Of a stretch of DNA of 64,000 bases, positions 28,865 to 39,272 are shown in pieces (the first letter of the stretch is position 1; each line of letters begins with the position of its first letter). The translations under genes and the position numbers were made by a program. The notes under the pieces were generated by a model. The model saw only the letters and a list, made by a program, of their open reading frames with translations, was not told where the DNA came from and ran no database searches. The stretch covers positions 25,202-89,201 of the forward strand of contig JBCBEP010000001.1 in NCBI GenBank assembly GCA_038528605.1, in the 5' to 3' direction. Source of the DNA: Pseudomonadota bacterium (GTDB taxonomy: Bacteria; Pseudomonadota; Alphaproteobacteria; Rhodobacterales; Rhodobacteraceae).

Positions 28865-29269
28865 ATGGCTCGTGTGACCGTCGAAGATTGCGTCGACAAG
28901 GTCCAGAACCGGTTCGATCTTGTGATGCTCGCCGCGCATCGTGCGCGCACCATCTCGGCGGGGGCCGAGATCCTGGTGGAGCGGGACAACGACAAGAACC
29001 CGGTCGTGGCGCTCCGCGAGATCGCGGACAAGCGCGTGGTGCCCGATGAGCTCCGCGAGGAAGCCATCGAGAGCCATCAGCGCCATATCGAGGTGGACGA
29101 GCCGGAGGAGGACAACATGGCCCTCCTCATGGGCGGCAGCGACCAGCCCTCGGGCCCCTTCGGCGCTCCGTCCCAGCCTGGCAGCAAGCCGGATGCGCCG
29201 GGTGGCATGGACGATCTCGACGAGGAGAAGCTCCTCCGCGCCCTGATGGCGGAGCAGGACCGCAGCTGA
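28865..29269 (+). CDS. rpoZ: DNA-directed RNA polymerase omega subunit
   Basis: [28 protein letters not shown] matches RpoZ. GGAGG Shine-Dalgarno. Confidence 0.95.
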   Translation: MARVTVEDCVDKVQNRFDLVMLAAHRARTISAGAEILVERDNDKNPVVALREIADKRVVPDELREEAIESHQRHIEVDEPEEDNMALLMGGSDQPSGPFGAPSQPGSKPDAPGGMDDLDEEKLLRALMAEQDRS

Positions 29270-29294
29270 TCGCAGCCGCGCGACAGGAAACGAG

Positions 29295-29325
29295 AGGCCC
29301 GGCCGCAGCGCCGGGCCTTTCGTTG
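29295..29325 (+). terminator. Intrinsic terminator after rpoZ (AGGCCCGGC-CGCAGC-GCCGGGCCT followed by TTTCGTTGTTG)
   Basis: 9-bp stem plus a T-rich tract. Confidence 0.65.
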
Positions 29326-29423
29326 TTGTGGACAACGCTGCAACCCCCCTGCACGGCGCCAGATTGACCCCAATCTCGCCGGGTGAGACTATCTCGCCTT
29401 AATCTGCTGAAGGATGTGATGGC

Positions 29424-31607
29424 GTGATCCGGCAGTTCGAGCTCGTGGAGCGCGTCCGCGAGTACAACCCCGAGACGGATGAGGCGCTGCTCAACCGCGC
29501 CTATGTCTACGGCGCGAAGTGCCATGCCAATCAGCGCCGTGCCTCGGGCGAGCCCTATTTCGGGCATCCCGTGCAGGTGGCCGATATCCTGACGGGGCTG
29601 CGGCTCGACGACGCGACCATCGTCACTGCCCTCCTCCACGACACGATCGAGGACACGCCGGCGACGGCCGAGGAGATCACCCGCCTTTTCGGCGCGGAGA
29701 TTGCGGAGCTTGTGGAGGGCGTCACCAAGCTCACCAAGCTCGAGACAAGCTCTCGCGAGGCCGCTCAGGCGGAGAACTTCCGCAAGCTTCTGCTGGCAAT
29801 GGCGAAGGATGTGCGTGTGATCCTGGTGAAGCTGGCGGACCGGCTTCACAACATGCGCACGCTCGACCATCTGCGGCCTGACAAGCGCAAGCGCATCGCC
29901 GAGGAGACGATGGACATCTATGCCCCGCTCGCCGGGCGCATGGGCATGCAGGGCATGCGCGAGGAGTTGGAGGATCTCGCCTTCGAGGTCGTCTACCCCG
30001 AAGCGCGCACGTCGCTTCTTCGCCGGTTCATCAAGCTCCGCCGCGAAACCGGTGATCGCGTTCCCGAGATCGTCGCCGAGATCCAGGGGCTGCTGATCGA
30101 CGAGGGCATCCAGGGCGAGGTCTACGGGCGCGAGAAGCGCCCGTACTCAATCTGGCGCAAGATGGAAGAGAAGAAGATCACCTTCTCCCAGCTCTCCGAC
30201 ATCTATGCGTTCCGCGTCATCCTGGGCGACGAGGGGGACTGCTACCGCGCCCTCGGGGCACTCCACCGCCACTGGCGCGCCGTGCCCGGCCGGTTCAAGG
30301 ACTATGTGTCGAGCCCCAAGGCCAACGGGTATCGCAGCCTCCACACCACGGTCTCCGGCCCGGGCGCCCTCCGTGTCGAGGTGCAGATCCGGACACACGA
30401 GATGCATTCGGTGGCGGAGACGGGCGTGGCGGCGCATTGGAGCTACCGCGATGGCGCGCGGGCAGAGAACCGCTTTGCCGTCGAGCCCTTTGCCTGGCTT
30501 CGTGACCTCGTGGCGCGCCTGGAGAAGGGAGACGAGCCGGCGGAGTTCCTCGAGCATGTGAAGCTCGACATGTTCACCGACCAGGTCTTCTGCTTCACGC
30601 CAAAGGGCGAGGTGGTGGGCCTGCCCCGCGGTGCCACGCCCCTCGATTTCGCCTATGCCATCCACACGAATATCGGGAACCGGGCCGCGGGCGCGATGGT
30701 CGACGGCGCGCGGGTGCCGCTCTGGACCCGGGTGCGCAACGGCCAGCAGGTGGAGATCATCACCGCCGAGGGCCAGCAGCCGAGCCCGCATTGGGAAGAT
30801 ATCGCCGTCACCGGCCGGGCGAAGCACGCCATCCGCCGCAGTCTGCGCGAGCAGCGCCGTGAGCAGGAGGTGACGCTGGGCCGCGAGATGGCGACCCAGG
30901 CTTTCTCCCGCCTCGGCCGCGAGGCCTCGACCAAAAGCTTCCGTACCGCCGCCGAAAAGCTCGGCTATCGCGATGAGGCGGGTATGTTCGCGGCGCTCTG
31001 CCGGCTCGAGATCCGTGGTCGCCAGATCGTTGAAGCCGTCTATCCGGTGCAGCCCGTGGAGCTTACCGAGGACCATACGGAGCCACCAGAGCCCGGCAGC
31101 CGCGTGATCGGTGTGCCGCGCGGCACGGTGCCGAGCTTCTGTACGCGCTGCTGGCCCGTGCCCGGGGAACGCATTATCGGCCTGCGTCGCCGGGGCGGGA
31201 TCACGGTCCACGCAGCCTCTTGCGCGGTGCTGGAGGCTTATGAGGACGATCTCGCGCGCTGGCATGATCTGCGCTGGCAGCCCGATGCGGCGCGCCGCCC
31301 GGCCAATCTCGCGCGCATCACGCTCGAGATTGTGAACGAACCCGGGACGCTCGGTCGTGTCGCCATGCTTGTCGGCGAGCAGCACGCGAATATCGCCCAT
31401 CTCGTCGTGCTCAACCGTCAGCCCGAGAGCTTCCGGATGAACATCGATCTCGAAGTGCGGGACCTGCGGCATCTCAACGATATCCTCACCGCGCTTGACG
31501 CACAGAGCTTTGTGACCCATGCGGGGCGCGCCCGCGACCCCGGCGCGGAGGCCGAGGCGCAGACGGTGCAGCCCAGCCTGCCACTCGGGCGGGCGGCGGG
31601 GGCGTAG
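29424..31607 (+). CDS. spoT: Bifunctional (p)ppGpp synthetase/hydrolase (Rsh/SpoT)
   Basis: HD domain (HDTIEDT), RelA/SpoT synthetase domain (GREKRPYSIWRKM, RVI), and TGS and ACT domains. GTG start. Confidence 0.95.
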   Translation: MIRQFELVERVREYNPETDEALLNRAYVYGAKCHANQRRASGEPYFGHPVQVADILTGLRLDDATIVTALLHDTIEDTPATAEEITRLFGAEIAELVEGVTKLTKLETSSREAAQAENFRKLLLAMAKDVRVILVKLADRLHNMRTLDHLRPDKRKRIAEETMDIYAPLAGRMGMQGMREELEDLAFEVVYPEARTSLLRRFIKLRRETGDRVPEIVAEIQGLLIDEGIQGEVYGREKRPYSIWRKMEEKKITFSQLSDIYAFRVILGDEGDCYRALGALHRHWRAVPGRFKDYVSSPKANGYRSLHTTVSGPGALRVEVQIRTHEMHSVAETGVAAHWSYRDGARAENRFAVEPFAWLRDLVARLEKGDEPAEFLEHVKLDMFTDQVFCFTPKGEVVGLPRGATPLDFAYAIHTNIGNRAAGAMVDGARVPLWTRVRNGQQVEIITAEGQQPSPHWEDIAVTGRAKHAIRRSLREQRREQEVTLGREMATQAFSRLGREASTKSFRTAAEKLGYRDEAGMFAALCRLEIRGRQIVEAVYPVQPVELTEDHTEPPEPGSRVIGVPRGTVPSFCTRCWPVPGERIIGLRRRGGITVHAASCAVLEAYEDDLARWHDLRWQPDAARRPANLARITLEIVNEPGTLGRVAMLVGEQHANIAHLVVLNRQPESFRMNIDLEVRDLRHLNDILTALDAQSFVTHAGRARDPGAEAEAQTVQPSLPLGRAAGA

Positions 31608-31753
31608 GGCGCCCGGCTGTTGCGGGAGGTGTCGCGGGGGCGGCAATACTTACCGCAGCTTGGCGCGGGCAGGGGGAGACGGCGGGGCGCCTGCGCCCTA
31701 TCTACATGCCTCCGCACGGTAAGCGGCGCGCTTTGGGGGCGCACAGGAACGAG

Positions 31754-32431
31754 ATGATCTTCAAGCGCAGGCAACCTCCGACGATCAGCACGCGGGCGCG
31801 TGAGCTTGTCTATCCGCGCAAGGGCTTCTGGCGGGGCTTCGGCTATCTCGGCAAACGCATCCGCCGTCTGCCTGACAGCCCGCACCGCATCGCCCTCGGG
31901 TTCGCCTGCGGCGCCCTCGCCTCGTTCACGCCGTTCTTCGGCTTTCATTTCTTCGTAGCTGCGGGCCTTGCCTGGGCGCTGCGCGCGAACGTCGTCGCCG
32001 GCCTCTTCGGCACGATCGTGGGCAATCCTTTCACCTTTCCCTTCATCTCCACCGCCTCGCTCTATGTCGGCCGGCTGATCCTCGGCCGCGGCGAAGGCGG
32101 CTCGGATTTCGAGGCGGTGACGGATGCCTTCGGCGACGCCTTCAACTCGATCTGGCAGACGATGAAGAGCTGGGTGGGCTACGGTCCCTCGATGGTCGAT
32201 GGCCTGCTCGCTTTTTTCGACGAGGTGTTCCTGCCCTACCTGATCGGCGGTGCCATCCCGGGCCTCGTGACGGGCGCGATTTGCTATATCATCATCGGCC
32301 CGGCGGTGGACGCCTACCAGACGCGCCGCCGCAAGAAGCTCGAAGAGGCGCAGGCGGCGCGGCGGCGTGAGATCGACCGGGAACTCGAAGCCTACGCGAC
32401 CCATGACGCTGGGGAGGGAGACAATGCCTAG
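31754..32431 (+). CDS. DUF2062 membrane protein
   Basis: Conserved DUF2062 core ([41 protein letters not shown]). Confidence 0.75.
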   Translation: MIFKRRQPPTISTRARELVYPRKGFWRGFGYLGKRIRRLPDSPHRIALGFACGALASFTPFFGFHFFVAAGLAWALRANVVAGLFGTIVGNPFTFPFISTASLYVGRLILGRGEGGSDFEAVTDAFGDAFNSIWQTMKSWVGYGPSMVDGLLAFFDEVFLPYLIGGAIPGLVTGAICYIIIGPAVDAYQTRRRKKLEEAQAARRREIDRELEAYATHDAGEGDNA

Positions 32432-33233
32432 CAATCTCAGGCCCGAGACCGAACCGTTGACGCAGCCGCTCGGCAAGCTTCGCCTCGGCCTCAATATCGA
32501 CCATGTGGCGACCATCCGGAACGCCCGCGGTGGCGCGCATCCCGATCCCCTGCGCGCGGCCAGCATCGCCGAGATGGCCGGGGCGGACGGGATTACCGCG
32601 CATCTGCGCGAGGACCGCCGGCACATGACCGACCGCGATATCGAGCGGCTGATGGCGGAGCTGACCCTGCCGCTCAATTTCGAGATGGCGGCGACGGACG
32701 AGATGCAGGCCATCGCGCTGCGTCACAAGCCGCACGCCGTCTGCATCGTGCCGGAGCGGCGTGAGGAGCGGACCACCGAGGGCGGGCTCGAAGTCGCGGC
32801 GGATGAGAACCGGCTCGCCCATTTCATCGCGCCGCTGGCGGATGCGGGCTGCCGCGTGTCGATCTTCATCGCGGCCGACCAGCGCCAGATCGAGAGTGCC
32901 GCGCGCATCGGTGCGCCGGTGATCGAGCTCCACACGGGCGCCTATTGCGATGCGCACGCCGAAGGGCGGTCCGCGGAGCGCGATGCGGAACTGGAGCGGC
33001 TTCGTGAGATGGCGGCCTTTGCCCATGGTCTCGGCCTCGAAGTGCATGCGGGGCATGGCCTCACCTTCGAGACCGCGGGGCCCGTGGCGGCTTTCCCGGA
33101 GGTGATGGAGCTCAATATTGGGCACTTCCTTATCGGCGAGGCGATCTTCTCAGGGCTCGACAGTGCCATCCGCCGCATGCGGGAGGTGATGGACAAGGCG
33201 CGCCGCGACGCCTTCGGCGAGGATGTGGCCTGA
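32424..33233 (+). CDS. pdxJ: Pyridoxine 5'-phosphate synthase
   Basis: [24 protein letters not shown] and EVHAGHGL motifs. GGAGGGAGA Shine-Dalgarno. Confidence 0.95.
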   Translation: MPSNLRPETEPLTQPLGKLRLGLNIDHVATIRNARGGAHPDPLRAASIAEMAGADGITAHLREDRRHMTDRDIERLMAELTLPLNFEMAATDEMQAIALRHKPHAVCIVPERREERTTEGGLEVAADENRLAHFIAPLADAGCRVSIFIAADQRQIESAARIGAPVIELHTGAYCDAHAEGRSAERDAELERLREMAAFAHGLGLEVHAGHGLTFETAGPVAAFPEVMELNIGHFLIGEAIFSGLDSAIRRMREVMDKARRDAFGEDVA

Positions 33234-33862
33234 TGGAAAGCCTCGCTTTCCTCGCGGCTCCCCTCATCGCCTTCTTCGTGGCGGCGGCCTCTCCCGGGCC
33301 GGCGACACTGGCGGTCGCTGCAACGGCCATGGCGCATGGCCGCGCCGCGGGCCTCGCGCTCGGCGCCGGTTTGGCCGTGGGGCTCGCCTTCTGGGGCGTG
33401 CTGGCGGCCGCGGGCCTCGGGCCGCTGATGCTCGAGAGCACGACCGCCCTCCTGCTGCTGCGGCTCCTCGGCGGTGGTTATCTGCTCTACCTCGCCTGGG
33501 TTTCCGCCCGCAGCGCCTGGCGCGCGGGTGCGGGCGAGCCTGCGGCACCGGCCGTGGAGGGGCGCGTCGCCTTCCGACGCGGGTTGCTGCTCAACCTCCT
33601 CAATCCCAAGGCCGTGCTTGCCTGGATCGCGGTGCTGGCCATCGGCCTGCCTGCGGGGGCGGGGTTTGCGGAACTGGTGACCGTGACCCTGGCCTGCGCG
33701 GCAATGGGCTTCACGATCTATGCAGGCTATGCGCTGGTGCTCTCCCTGCCGCCGGCGATGGCGTTCTACGGCCGGGTGCGGCGCGGGCTCGAAGCGGCCT
33801 TCGCCGCCGTCTTCGGTTATGCCGGCCTGCGTCTCATCTTCACGCGCAGCGAGGCGGTCTGA
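33233..33862 (+). CDS. LysE/RhtB-family amino-acid exporter
   Basis: SPGPA motif near the N-terminus, 6 transmembrane helices, about 200 aa. Confidence 0.85.
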   Translation: MESLAFLAAPLIAFFVAAASPGPATLAVAATAMAHGRAAGLALGAGLAVGLAFWGVLAAAGLGPLMLESTTALLLLRLLGGGYLLYLAWVSARSAWRAGAGEPAAPAVEGRVAFRRGLLLNLLNPKAVLAWIAVLAIGLPAGAGFAELVTVTLACAAMGFTIYAGYALVLSLPPAMAFYGRVRRGLEAAFAAVFGYAGLRLIFTRSEAV

Positions 33863-33863
33863 A

Positions 33864-34334
33864 ATGATGCGGCAGTCCTTCGGCATGGTCCAGCGCACCC
33901 TGGCTGCCATGGTTGCGGCGGGCGCTTTCGCCGGCGCTGCGATGGCTCAGACCCTGGACTGTGGCGAGCATGCCGCCATGCGCGATGTGGCGGAGCCCTG
34001 GTACGAGAACATCACCGCCTTTGCGAACGGCGCCATCCGGCTGGCGGTGAGCGATGCGGGGGTACCCGCCTGCTGTTCCCTGCGCCTCGTCGTGCTCTAT
34101 CCCAACCCCGCGAGCGCCGATGGCGGACGCGCCTGCGTCGTGATCGAGGATCGCCCGGGCGAGGGGTTCTTCAGCATCGATGTGCGCGATGCCGACGGGC
34201 AGTTCGATGCCGAGACGGGCCTCAGCATCCGCGTACCCGCGAACCGTGCAGCGGCGGATGGCAGTGGCGCCGGGCCGCGGGCCGACATCACCTTCACCGT
34301 CAACCAGCAGACGGGCACGCTGACGCGCCCCTGA
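33864..34334 (+). CDS. Hypothetical secreted protein (signal peptide, 4 Cys)
   Basis: MMRQSFGMVQRTLAAMVAAGAFAGAAMA signal peptide. No recognisable domain. No obvious Shine-Dalgarno. Confidence 0.45.
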   Translation: MMRQSFGMVQRTLAAMVAAGAFAGAAMAQTLDCGEHAAMRDVAEPWYENITAFANGAIRLAVSDAGVPACCSLRLVVLYPNPASADGGRACVVIEDRPGEGFFSIDVRDADGQFDAETGLSIRVPANRAAADGSGAGPRADITFTVNQQTGTLTRP

Positions 34335-34358
34335 GGCGTCGTCGTCGGGAGGGGCGCG

Positions 34359-34787
34359 ATGATCCTCGGGATCGGCACCGATATCGCGGATATCCGCCGC
34401 ATCGAGGGCACGCTAGAGCGGTTCGGGGAGCGCTTCGTGCAGCGGGTCTTCACCGAGATCGAGCAGCGCGTGTCGGAGCGCCGGAAGCTGCGGGCGGCCT
34501 CCTACGCCAAGCGCTGGGCGGCGAAGGAGGCGTGCTCGAAGGCGCTCGGCACGGGGCTGCGCATGGGCATCGCGTGGAGCGAAATGGAAGTGGTGAACCT
34601 CAAATCGGGCCAGCCGACGATGCGGGTGCATGGGGGAGCGGCGGCGCGGCTCGCGGCGATGACCCCGCCGGGGCATGCGGCGCATCTCCATGTGAGCATC
34701 ACGGACGATCACCCGTACGCGCAGGCCTTCGTGGTGATCGAGGCCCTGCCGCTGGGCGTGGCTCCTCCCGCGGTGGGGGCGGGCTGA
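34359..34787 (+). CDS. acpS: Holo-[acyl-carrier-protein] synthase
   Basis: [16 protein letters not shown]-terminus and [14 protein letters not shown]. Confidence 0.92.
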   Translation: MILGIGTDIADIRRIEGTLERFGERFVQRVFTEIEQRVSERRKLRAASYAKRWAAKEACSKALGTGLRMGIAWSEMEVVNLKSGQPTMRVHGGAAARLAAMTPPGHAAHLHVSITDDHPYAQAFVVIEALPLGVAPPAVGAG

Positions 34788-34932
34788 CGCGTGCCCCGGC
34801 GCGCCGGCTTCGCCGGCACGCGGCCCACCCGCCAGCCACCCGCCCCATTCCGCGCACCGGCGGGAGCGGTGCTTGACAGCGGGCGGACCCCACCGCACTA
34901 AGCCGCATCATTTTCCCGATACGAGCAGGCGC

Positions 34933-35814
34933 ATGGCAGCGAAAGAGAAGAAGACGGAGAGCGTGTGGGACACGCTCAAGACCATCTTCTGGGCACTGCT
35001 GATCGCGGCCGCCTTCCGGTCCTTCCTGTTCCAGCCCTTCTCGATCCCCTCGGGCTCGATGAAGCCCACGCTCTTTGTGGGCGACTACCTCTTCGTCACG
35101 AAGTTCTCCTACGGCTATTCGAACTTCTCGTTCCCCTTCGCGCCGTCGCTTTTCGACGGGCGCATCTGGTCGGGCATGCCCGAGCGGGGCGACGTGGTGG
35201 TGTTCAAGCACCCGCAGTTCGATGCCTGCAGCGAGGGGCCTGTCACGACGGTGGTCAACTTCGTCACCGGCTTCTTCCGTGCAGCCCCCGCCAGCGCCGA
35301 TTGCGTGGACTATGTGAAGCGCGTGGTTGGGCTGCCCGGGGACAGGGTGCAGGTGAAGGACGGGATCCTGCACATCAACGGCGAGGCGCTGCCCACCCGC
35401 CAGATCGCCGATTTCGCGGAGGTGAAGGCGCTCCGCGGCTCGCCCCCCCGCCCGCCGCAATGCGCCAACGGGCCCGTGCGCCTCGGCGAGCTCTGCTTGA
35501 AGCAGCAGTTCGTGGAGACGATGCCGGACGGGATGGAGCACAAGGTGCTGAACATCAACGGCGTGATCGGCGGCACGGGCTCGGCCGGCCCCCGGAATCA
35601 GGACAATACGGGCGTGTTCGAGGTGCCCGAGGGGCATTTCTTCTTCATGGGCGACAACCGGGACAATTCGGTGGACAGCCGGTTCCCCTCGGTCGGCTAC
35701 GTGCCCTTCGAGAACCTGATCGGGCGGGCGGACGTGATCGCGATCTCGTCGGACGGGCCGTTCTGGCAGGTCTGGAACTGGCGGGGCGACCGCTTCTTCA
35801 AGGCGATCGAGTGA
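34933..35814 (+). CDS. lepB: Signal peptidase I
   Basis: SGSMKPTL (catalytic Ser), VKRVVGLPGD (Lys box), and GDNRDNSVDSR. Confidence 0.92.
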   Translation: MAAKEKKTESVWDTLKTIFWALLIAAAFRSFLFQPFSIPSGSMKPTLFVGDYLFVTKFSYGYSNFSFPFAPSLFDGRIWSGMPERGDVVVFKHPQFDACSEGPVTTVVNFVTGFFRAAPASADCVDYVKRVVGLPGDRVQVKDGILHINGEALPTRQIADFAEVKALRGSPPRPPQCANGPVRLGELCLKQQFVETMPDGMEHKVLNINGVIGGTGSAGPRNQDNTGVFEVPEGHFFFMGDNRDNSVDSRFPSVGYVPFENLIGRADVIAISSDGPFWQVWNWRGDRFFKAIE

Positions 35815-36560
35815 GCGCGGCGGCACCGGGCGACAGCAAGGGCGGCGCGGCGCCGCCGAAGGCACGGCCGGGCAGCGCGCGTGCGGTGGATGCGCTGGGG
35901 GTAGCGCTCGGTCATCGTTTCAAGCGGCCGGATCTGCTGGCGGAAGCGCTCACGCATCCCTCCGCGGCGGGACCCGCGCGGCCGGACAACCAGAGGCTCG
36001 AATTCCTAGGGGACCGTGTGCTCGGGCTCTTGGTGGCGGAAGCCCTGATGGAGGCGTTGCCCGACGAGGCGGAGGGTACGCTCGCACCGCGGCTGAATGC
36101 GCTCGTGCGCCGGGAGACGCTGGCGGAGATCGCGGGGGAGATCGGGCTTGGCGCCCATCTCGTGCTTGGCCGGTCCGAGAACATCTCCGGCGGGCGGCGG
36201 AAGAAGGCGATCCTGGCGGATGCGATGGAGGCGGTGATCGCGGCGATCTATCTTGATGGGGGCGTGGCGCCCGCCCGCGCCTTCGTGCATCGGCACTGGC
36301 TCGCCCGGCTGACAGCGGCGGAGGAAGCGCCTATCGACGCAAAGACCCGCCTTCAGGAATGGGCGCAGGGCCGTGGCATGACACCCCCCGCCTACGCCCT
36401 CCTCGGCCGCGAGGGGCCTGACCACAAGCCGGAGTTCCATGTCTCCGTCACCCTCGCCGACGGACAGACCGCCGAGGGCCGCGCCCGCACCAAGAAGTTT
36501 GCCGAGCAAGCCGCCGCAGAGGCTCTCCTGCAAACGCTCGCCGGTGAGGCTGAAGCATGA
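35811..36560 (+). CDS. rnc: Ribonuclease III
   Basis: ERLEFLGDRVLG RNase III signature and a dsRBD C-terminus. GTG start overlaps the lepB stop. Confidence 0.9.
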   Translation: MSAAAPGDSKGGAAPPKARPGSARAVDALGVALGHRFKRPDLLAEALTHPSAAGPARPDNQRLEFLGDRVLGLLVAEALMEALPDEAEGTLAPRLNALVRRETLAEIAGEIGLGAHLVLGRSENISGGRRKKAILADAMEAVIAAIYLDGGVAPARAFVHRHWLARLTAAEEAPIDAKTRLQEWAQGRGMTPPAYALLGREGPDHKPEFHVSVTLADGQTAEGRARTKKFAEQAAAEALLQTLAGEAEA

Positions 36561-37477
36561 GCAACGCAAAAGGGACGCGCTGCGGGTTCGTGGCGCTCAT
36601 CGGGGAGCCGAATGCGGGGAAATCGACGCTGCTGAACCGGATGGTGGGCGGCAAGGTATCGATCGTGACGCACAAGGTGCAGACCACGCGGGCGCGCATC
36701 CGCGGCATCGCCATGGCGGGCGAGGCGCAGATCGTGTTCGTCGACACGCCGGGACTTTTTCGGCCGCGCCGCAGGCTCGATCGGGCGATGGTCAGCGCCG
36801 CCTGGGCAGGGGCGGAGGATGCGGATCTCGTGGTGCTGCTCGTCGAGGCGCATCGGGGGCTGACGGAGGGGGTGGAGCGTATTCTGCAGGAACTCGACGA
36901 GCACCTGCCCGAAGGCAAGCCCGTCGCCCTCGCCATCAACAAGATCGACCGGGTGAAGGCCGAAAGCCTCCTTGCCCTGACGCAGACCCTCAACGAACGC
37001 CGCGCCTTCGAGGGCACCTTCATGATTTCCGCCGAGAAGGGCTATGGCGTGGAGGACCTGAAGGACTGGCTTGCGGAGCGGCTCCCCGAGGGCCCCTGGC
37101 ATTATCCGGAAGACCAGATCGCGGACCTGCCGCTCCGCCTGCTGGCGGCAGAGATCACGCGGGAGAAGCTCACCCTCCGCCTCCACCAGGAGCTGCCCTA
37201 TCAGCTCACGGTCGAGACCGAGGCATGGGAGGAGAAGCAGGACGGCTCCGCACGGATCGAGCAGGTGATCTATGTGGCGCGGGACGGGCATAAGGGCATC
37301 GTCCTCGGTAAGGCGGGTGCAACCACCAAGGCCGTGGGCGCCGAGGCGCGGCGGGAGATCTCGGAGCTTCTGGGCCGGCCCTGCCACCTCTTTCTCACCG
37401 TGAAGGTGCGCCCCGGCTGGCTCGAAGAGGCGGAGCGCTTCCGCGAGATGGGGCTTGACTGGAAGGACGGGGCGTGA
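36557..37477 (+). CDS. era: GTPase Era
   Basis: G1 GEPNAGKST, G3 DTPG, G4 NKID, and a KH domain. Confidence 0.95.
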   Translation: MSNAKGTRCGFVALIGEPNAGKSTLLNRMVGGKVSIVTHKVQTTRARIRGIAMAGEAQIVFVDTPGLFRPRRRLDRAMVSAAWAGAEDADLVVLLVEAHRGLTEGVERILQELDEHLPEGKPVALAINKIDRVKAESLLALTQTLNERRAFEGTFMISAEKGYGVEDLKDWLAERLPEGPWHYPEDQIADLPLRLLAAEITREKLTLRLHQELPYQLTVETEAWEEKQDGSARIEQVIYVARDGHKGIVLGKAGATTKAVGAEARREISELLGRPCHLFLTVKVRPGWLEEAERFREMGLDWKDGA

Positions 37478-37490
37478 GGCCCTTGCTCGG

Positions 37491-37823
37491 ATGATCCGGC
37501 TCACGACCGATCTCTGGCTCGCCGCCTACCGCAGGAAGCTCGAGGCCGCGGGCATCCACGCCCATATCGTCCATCGCGGGAACGAAACGGCGGGCGACGT
37601 GATCGTGAAGGTTGCTACCATGAACGGCGAGGCCGGCCTTTGGGAGCGGGGCTGGGACGAGACAGGCAATCCCGCCTGGGTCCAGACCCTTGGCCCGGTG
37701 CCGGAGGCGGAGGCGGAGGAGACTGCGGAGCGCCGCCGTGGGCGGGACCGGGACCTGTGGGTGATCGAGATCGAGGATCCCCGAGGCCGCCACCTGCTCG
37801 AGGACGACAGCTTCCGGGGGTGA
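37491..37823 (+). CDS. DUF1491 family protein
   Basis: Conserved small protein between era and recO in alphaproteobacteria (RLTTDLWLAAYRRKLEAAGIHAHIVHRGNETAGDVIVKV). Confidence 0.65.
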   Translation: MIRLTTDLWLAAYRRKLEAAGIHAHIVHRGNETAGDVIVKVATMNGEAGLWERGWDETGNPAWVQTLGPVPEAEAEETAERRRGRDRDLWVIEIEDPRGRHLLEDDSFRG

Positions 37824-37852
37824 GCCGCGCGCCGCTCATCTGCGTATCAGAG

Positions 37853-37873
37853 GTCCCGGGTCAGGCCCGGGAC
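37853..37873 (+). terminator. GC hairpin (GTCCCGGG-TCAGG-CCCGGGAC) 30 nt after the DUF1491 stop. No U-tract.
   Basis: Seen in the sequence. Confidence 0.4.
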
Positions 37874-38207
37874 GGGGCGGATCGAGCACGACGCGCAGTG
37901 GCGATGCCCGATGCAGTCGCCATGGCGAAGGCCATGATCGATATCGTGCACCAGCGAGTCGGCGCTCCCCGCGAGCGGATCGGCCGTTTTTGCCGCTACG
38001 GGAAGCTGCGCAAAGCAATCGCCCGCGAGAAGAGGGGTGGCCGTCTCCGCGGAACAGGGCGCCCCGCTGCGACGGATTGCACCGGGCGTGCTTTAAGGAT
38101 GTGGTTGGGCAGGCGCGCTAGAGTGTCCTTCGCAGGTTGTCGGCGCTTCAGCCGCTCAACGCGGGTGCGGGCTGGCCGGTACGCGGGCGGAAACATAGGG
38201 CAGGCGG

Positions 38208-39044
38208 ATGGATTGGCGGGACGAAGGCATTCTGCTCAGCGTGGCGGAGCACGGCGAGAGCTCGGCCATCATCGATGTGCTGACCTGCAGCCATGGGCGC
38301 CATCCGGGCCTTGTCCGCGGCGGGCAGGGCTCGAAGCTCTCGGCCACGCTCCAGCCTGGCACGGAGCTTTCGCTCGAATGGCGGGCCCGGCTGGAGGAGC
38401 ATCTCGGCAACTACCGCGTGGAGCCCATCAAAGCCCGTGCCTCCCAGTTGATGGAGGATCGCGCGGCCCTCGCCGCCTTTGGTGCCATGGCCGCCCTGAT
38501 CGTCGCCTTCGTGCCCGAACGCCAACCGGACTACGAGCTCTACGAGGCGTCGCATGATCTGCTGGTTGACCTCTCCGAGAGGCCGCGGGACTGGCCGGGG
38601 ACATACCTGCGCTGGGAGGCGACCTTCCTCGGCCTTCTGGGCTTCGGGGTCGATCTCTCCGCCTGCGCCGCCACCGGCAAGCGGCACGACCTTGCCTATG
38701 TCAGCCCCCGCACGGGCCGCGCTGTCAGCCGTGAGGCTGGGGGGCCGTTCGCGGAGAGGCTGTTGCCGCTCCCCTCTTTCCTTGCCGGCGACGGTGTGGT
38801 GACCATGGCAGGCGTCCGCTCCGGCCTGCAGATGACCGGCTGGTTCCTCGAGAACCGCCTCAGCCCCGCCCTGGAGCGTGAGGCGCCACTGCCGGAGGCG
38901 CGCGCCCGTCTGCTCAGGCAGTTCGAGCGGATGGAGCTGCCGCCCCGCAGCAACTCGCAGCCCGGCGGCGGGCAGGATGGCCCGGCCGACAACCGGGCCG
39001 ATGTGTGGAACCGCCGCCTCGGCACCTTGCGCCAGGCCTCCTGA
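38208..39044 (+). CDS. recO: DNA repair protein RecO
   Basis: N-terminal OB-fold region (GILLSVAEHGESSAIIDVLT..HGRH.GLVRGG) and a RecO C-terminal domain. Confidence 0.9.
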   Translation: MDWRDEGILLSVAEHGESSAIIDVLTCSHGRHPGLVRGGQGSKLSATLQPGTELSLEWRARLEEHLGNYRVEPIKARASQLMEDRAALAAFGAMAALIVAFVPERQPDYELYEASHDLLVDLSERPRDWPGTYLRWEATFLGLLGFGVDLSACAATGKRHDLAYVSPRTGRAVSREAGGPFAERLLPLPSFLAGDGVVTMAGVRSGLQMTGWFLENRLSPALEREAPLPEARARLLRQFERMELPPRSNSQPGGGQDGPADNRADVWNRRLGTLRQAS

Positions 39045-39272
39045 GGCGCGGCCTTCTGCCCGCGGCGCAGCCCTCCGCTTGCCAGCCGGCCATACACCGC
39101 CCATGTCCTCGCCATGGACGCCCCGCATCCATTGCGCTAACCACGCTCCAAAGGCGCTGCGGCGCCCACCGTCGCAAGCCGGCGCCGGCGATGGCGCTGT
39201 GAGGGGACCGAAGCCGCCCGGCAAAACCGCCCGGCCACACTGCCGGGTTTGGGCCGCCAGAAGGACGCACCG

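Noticed and set aside
34873-34901. TTGACA -35-like hexamer upstream of lepB
   Set aside because: No convincing -10 element at 16-18 bp spacing. A single hexamer match in 64 kb is expected by chance.
37847-37951. Minus-strand Cys/His-rich peptide (VHDIDHGLRHGDCIGHRHCASCSIRPVPGLTRDL) in the DUF1491-recO gap
   Set aside because: No ATG start and no Shine-Dalgarno. The spacing does not fit DUF1289 or zinc-ribbon consensus. The embedded hairpin is better explained as the DUF1491 terminator.
37640-38557. 305-aa plus-strand ORF spanning DUF1491, the intergenic region and recO
   Set aside because: Out of frame with two well-supported genes. GC3 in the intergenic portion is ~70%, below the coding level.
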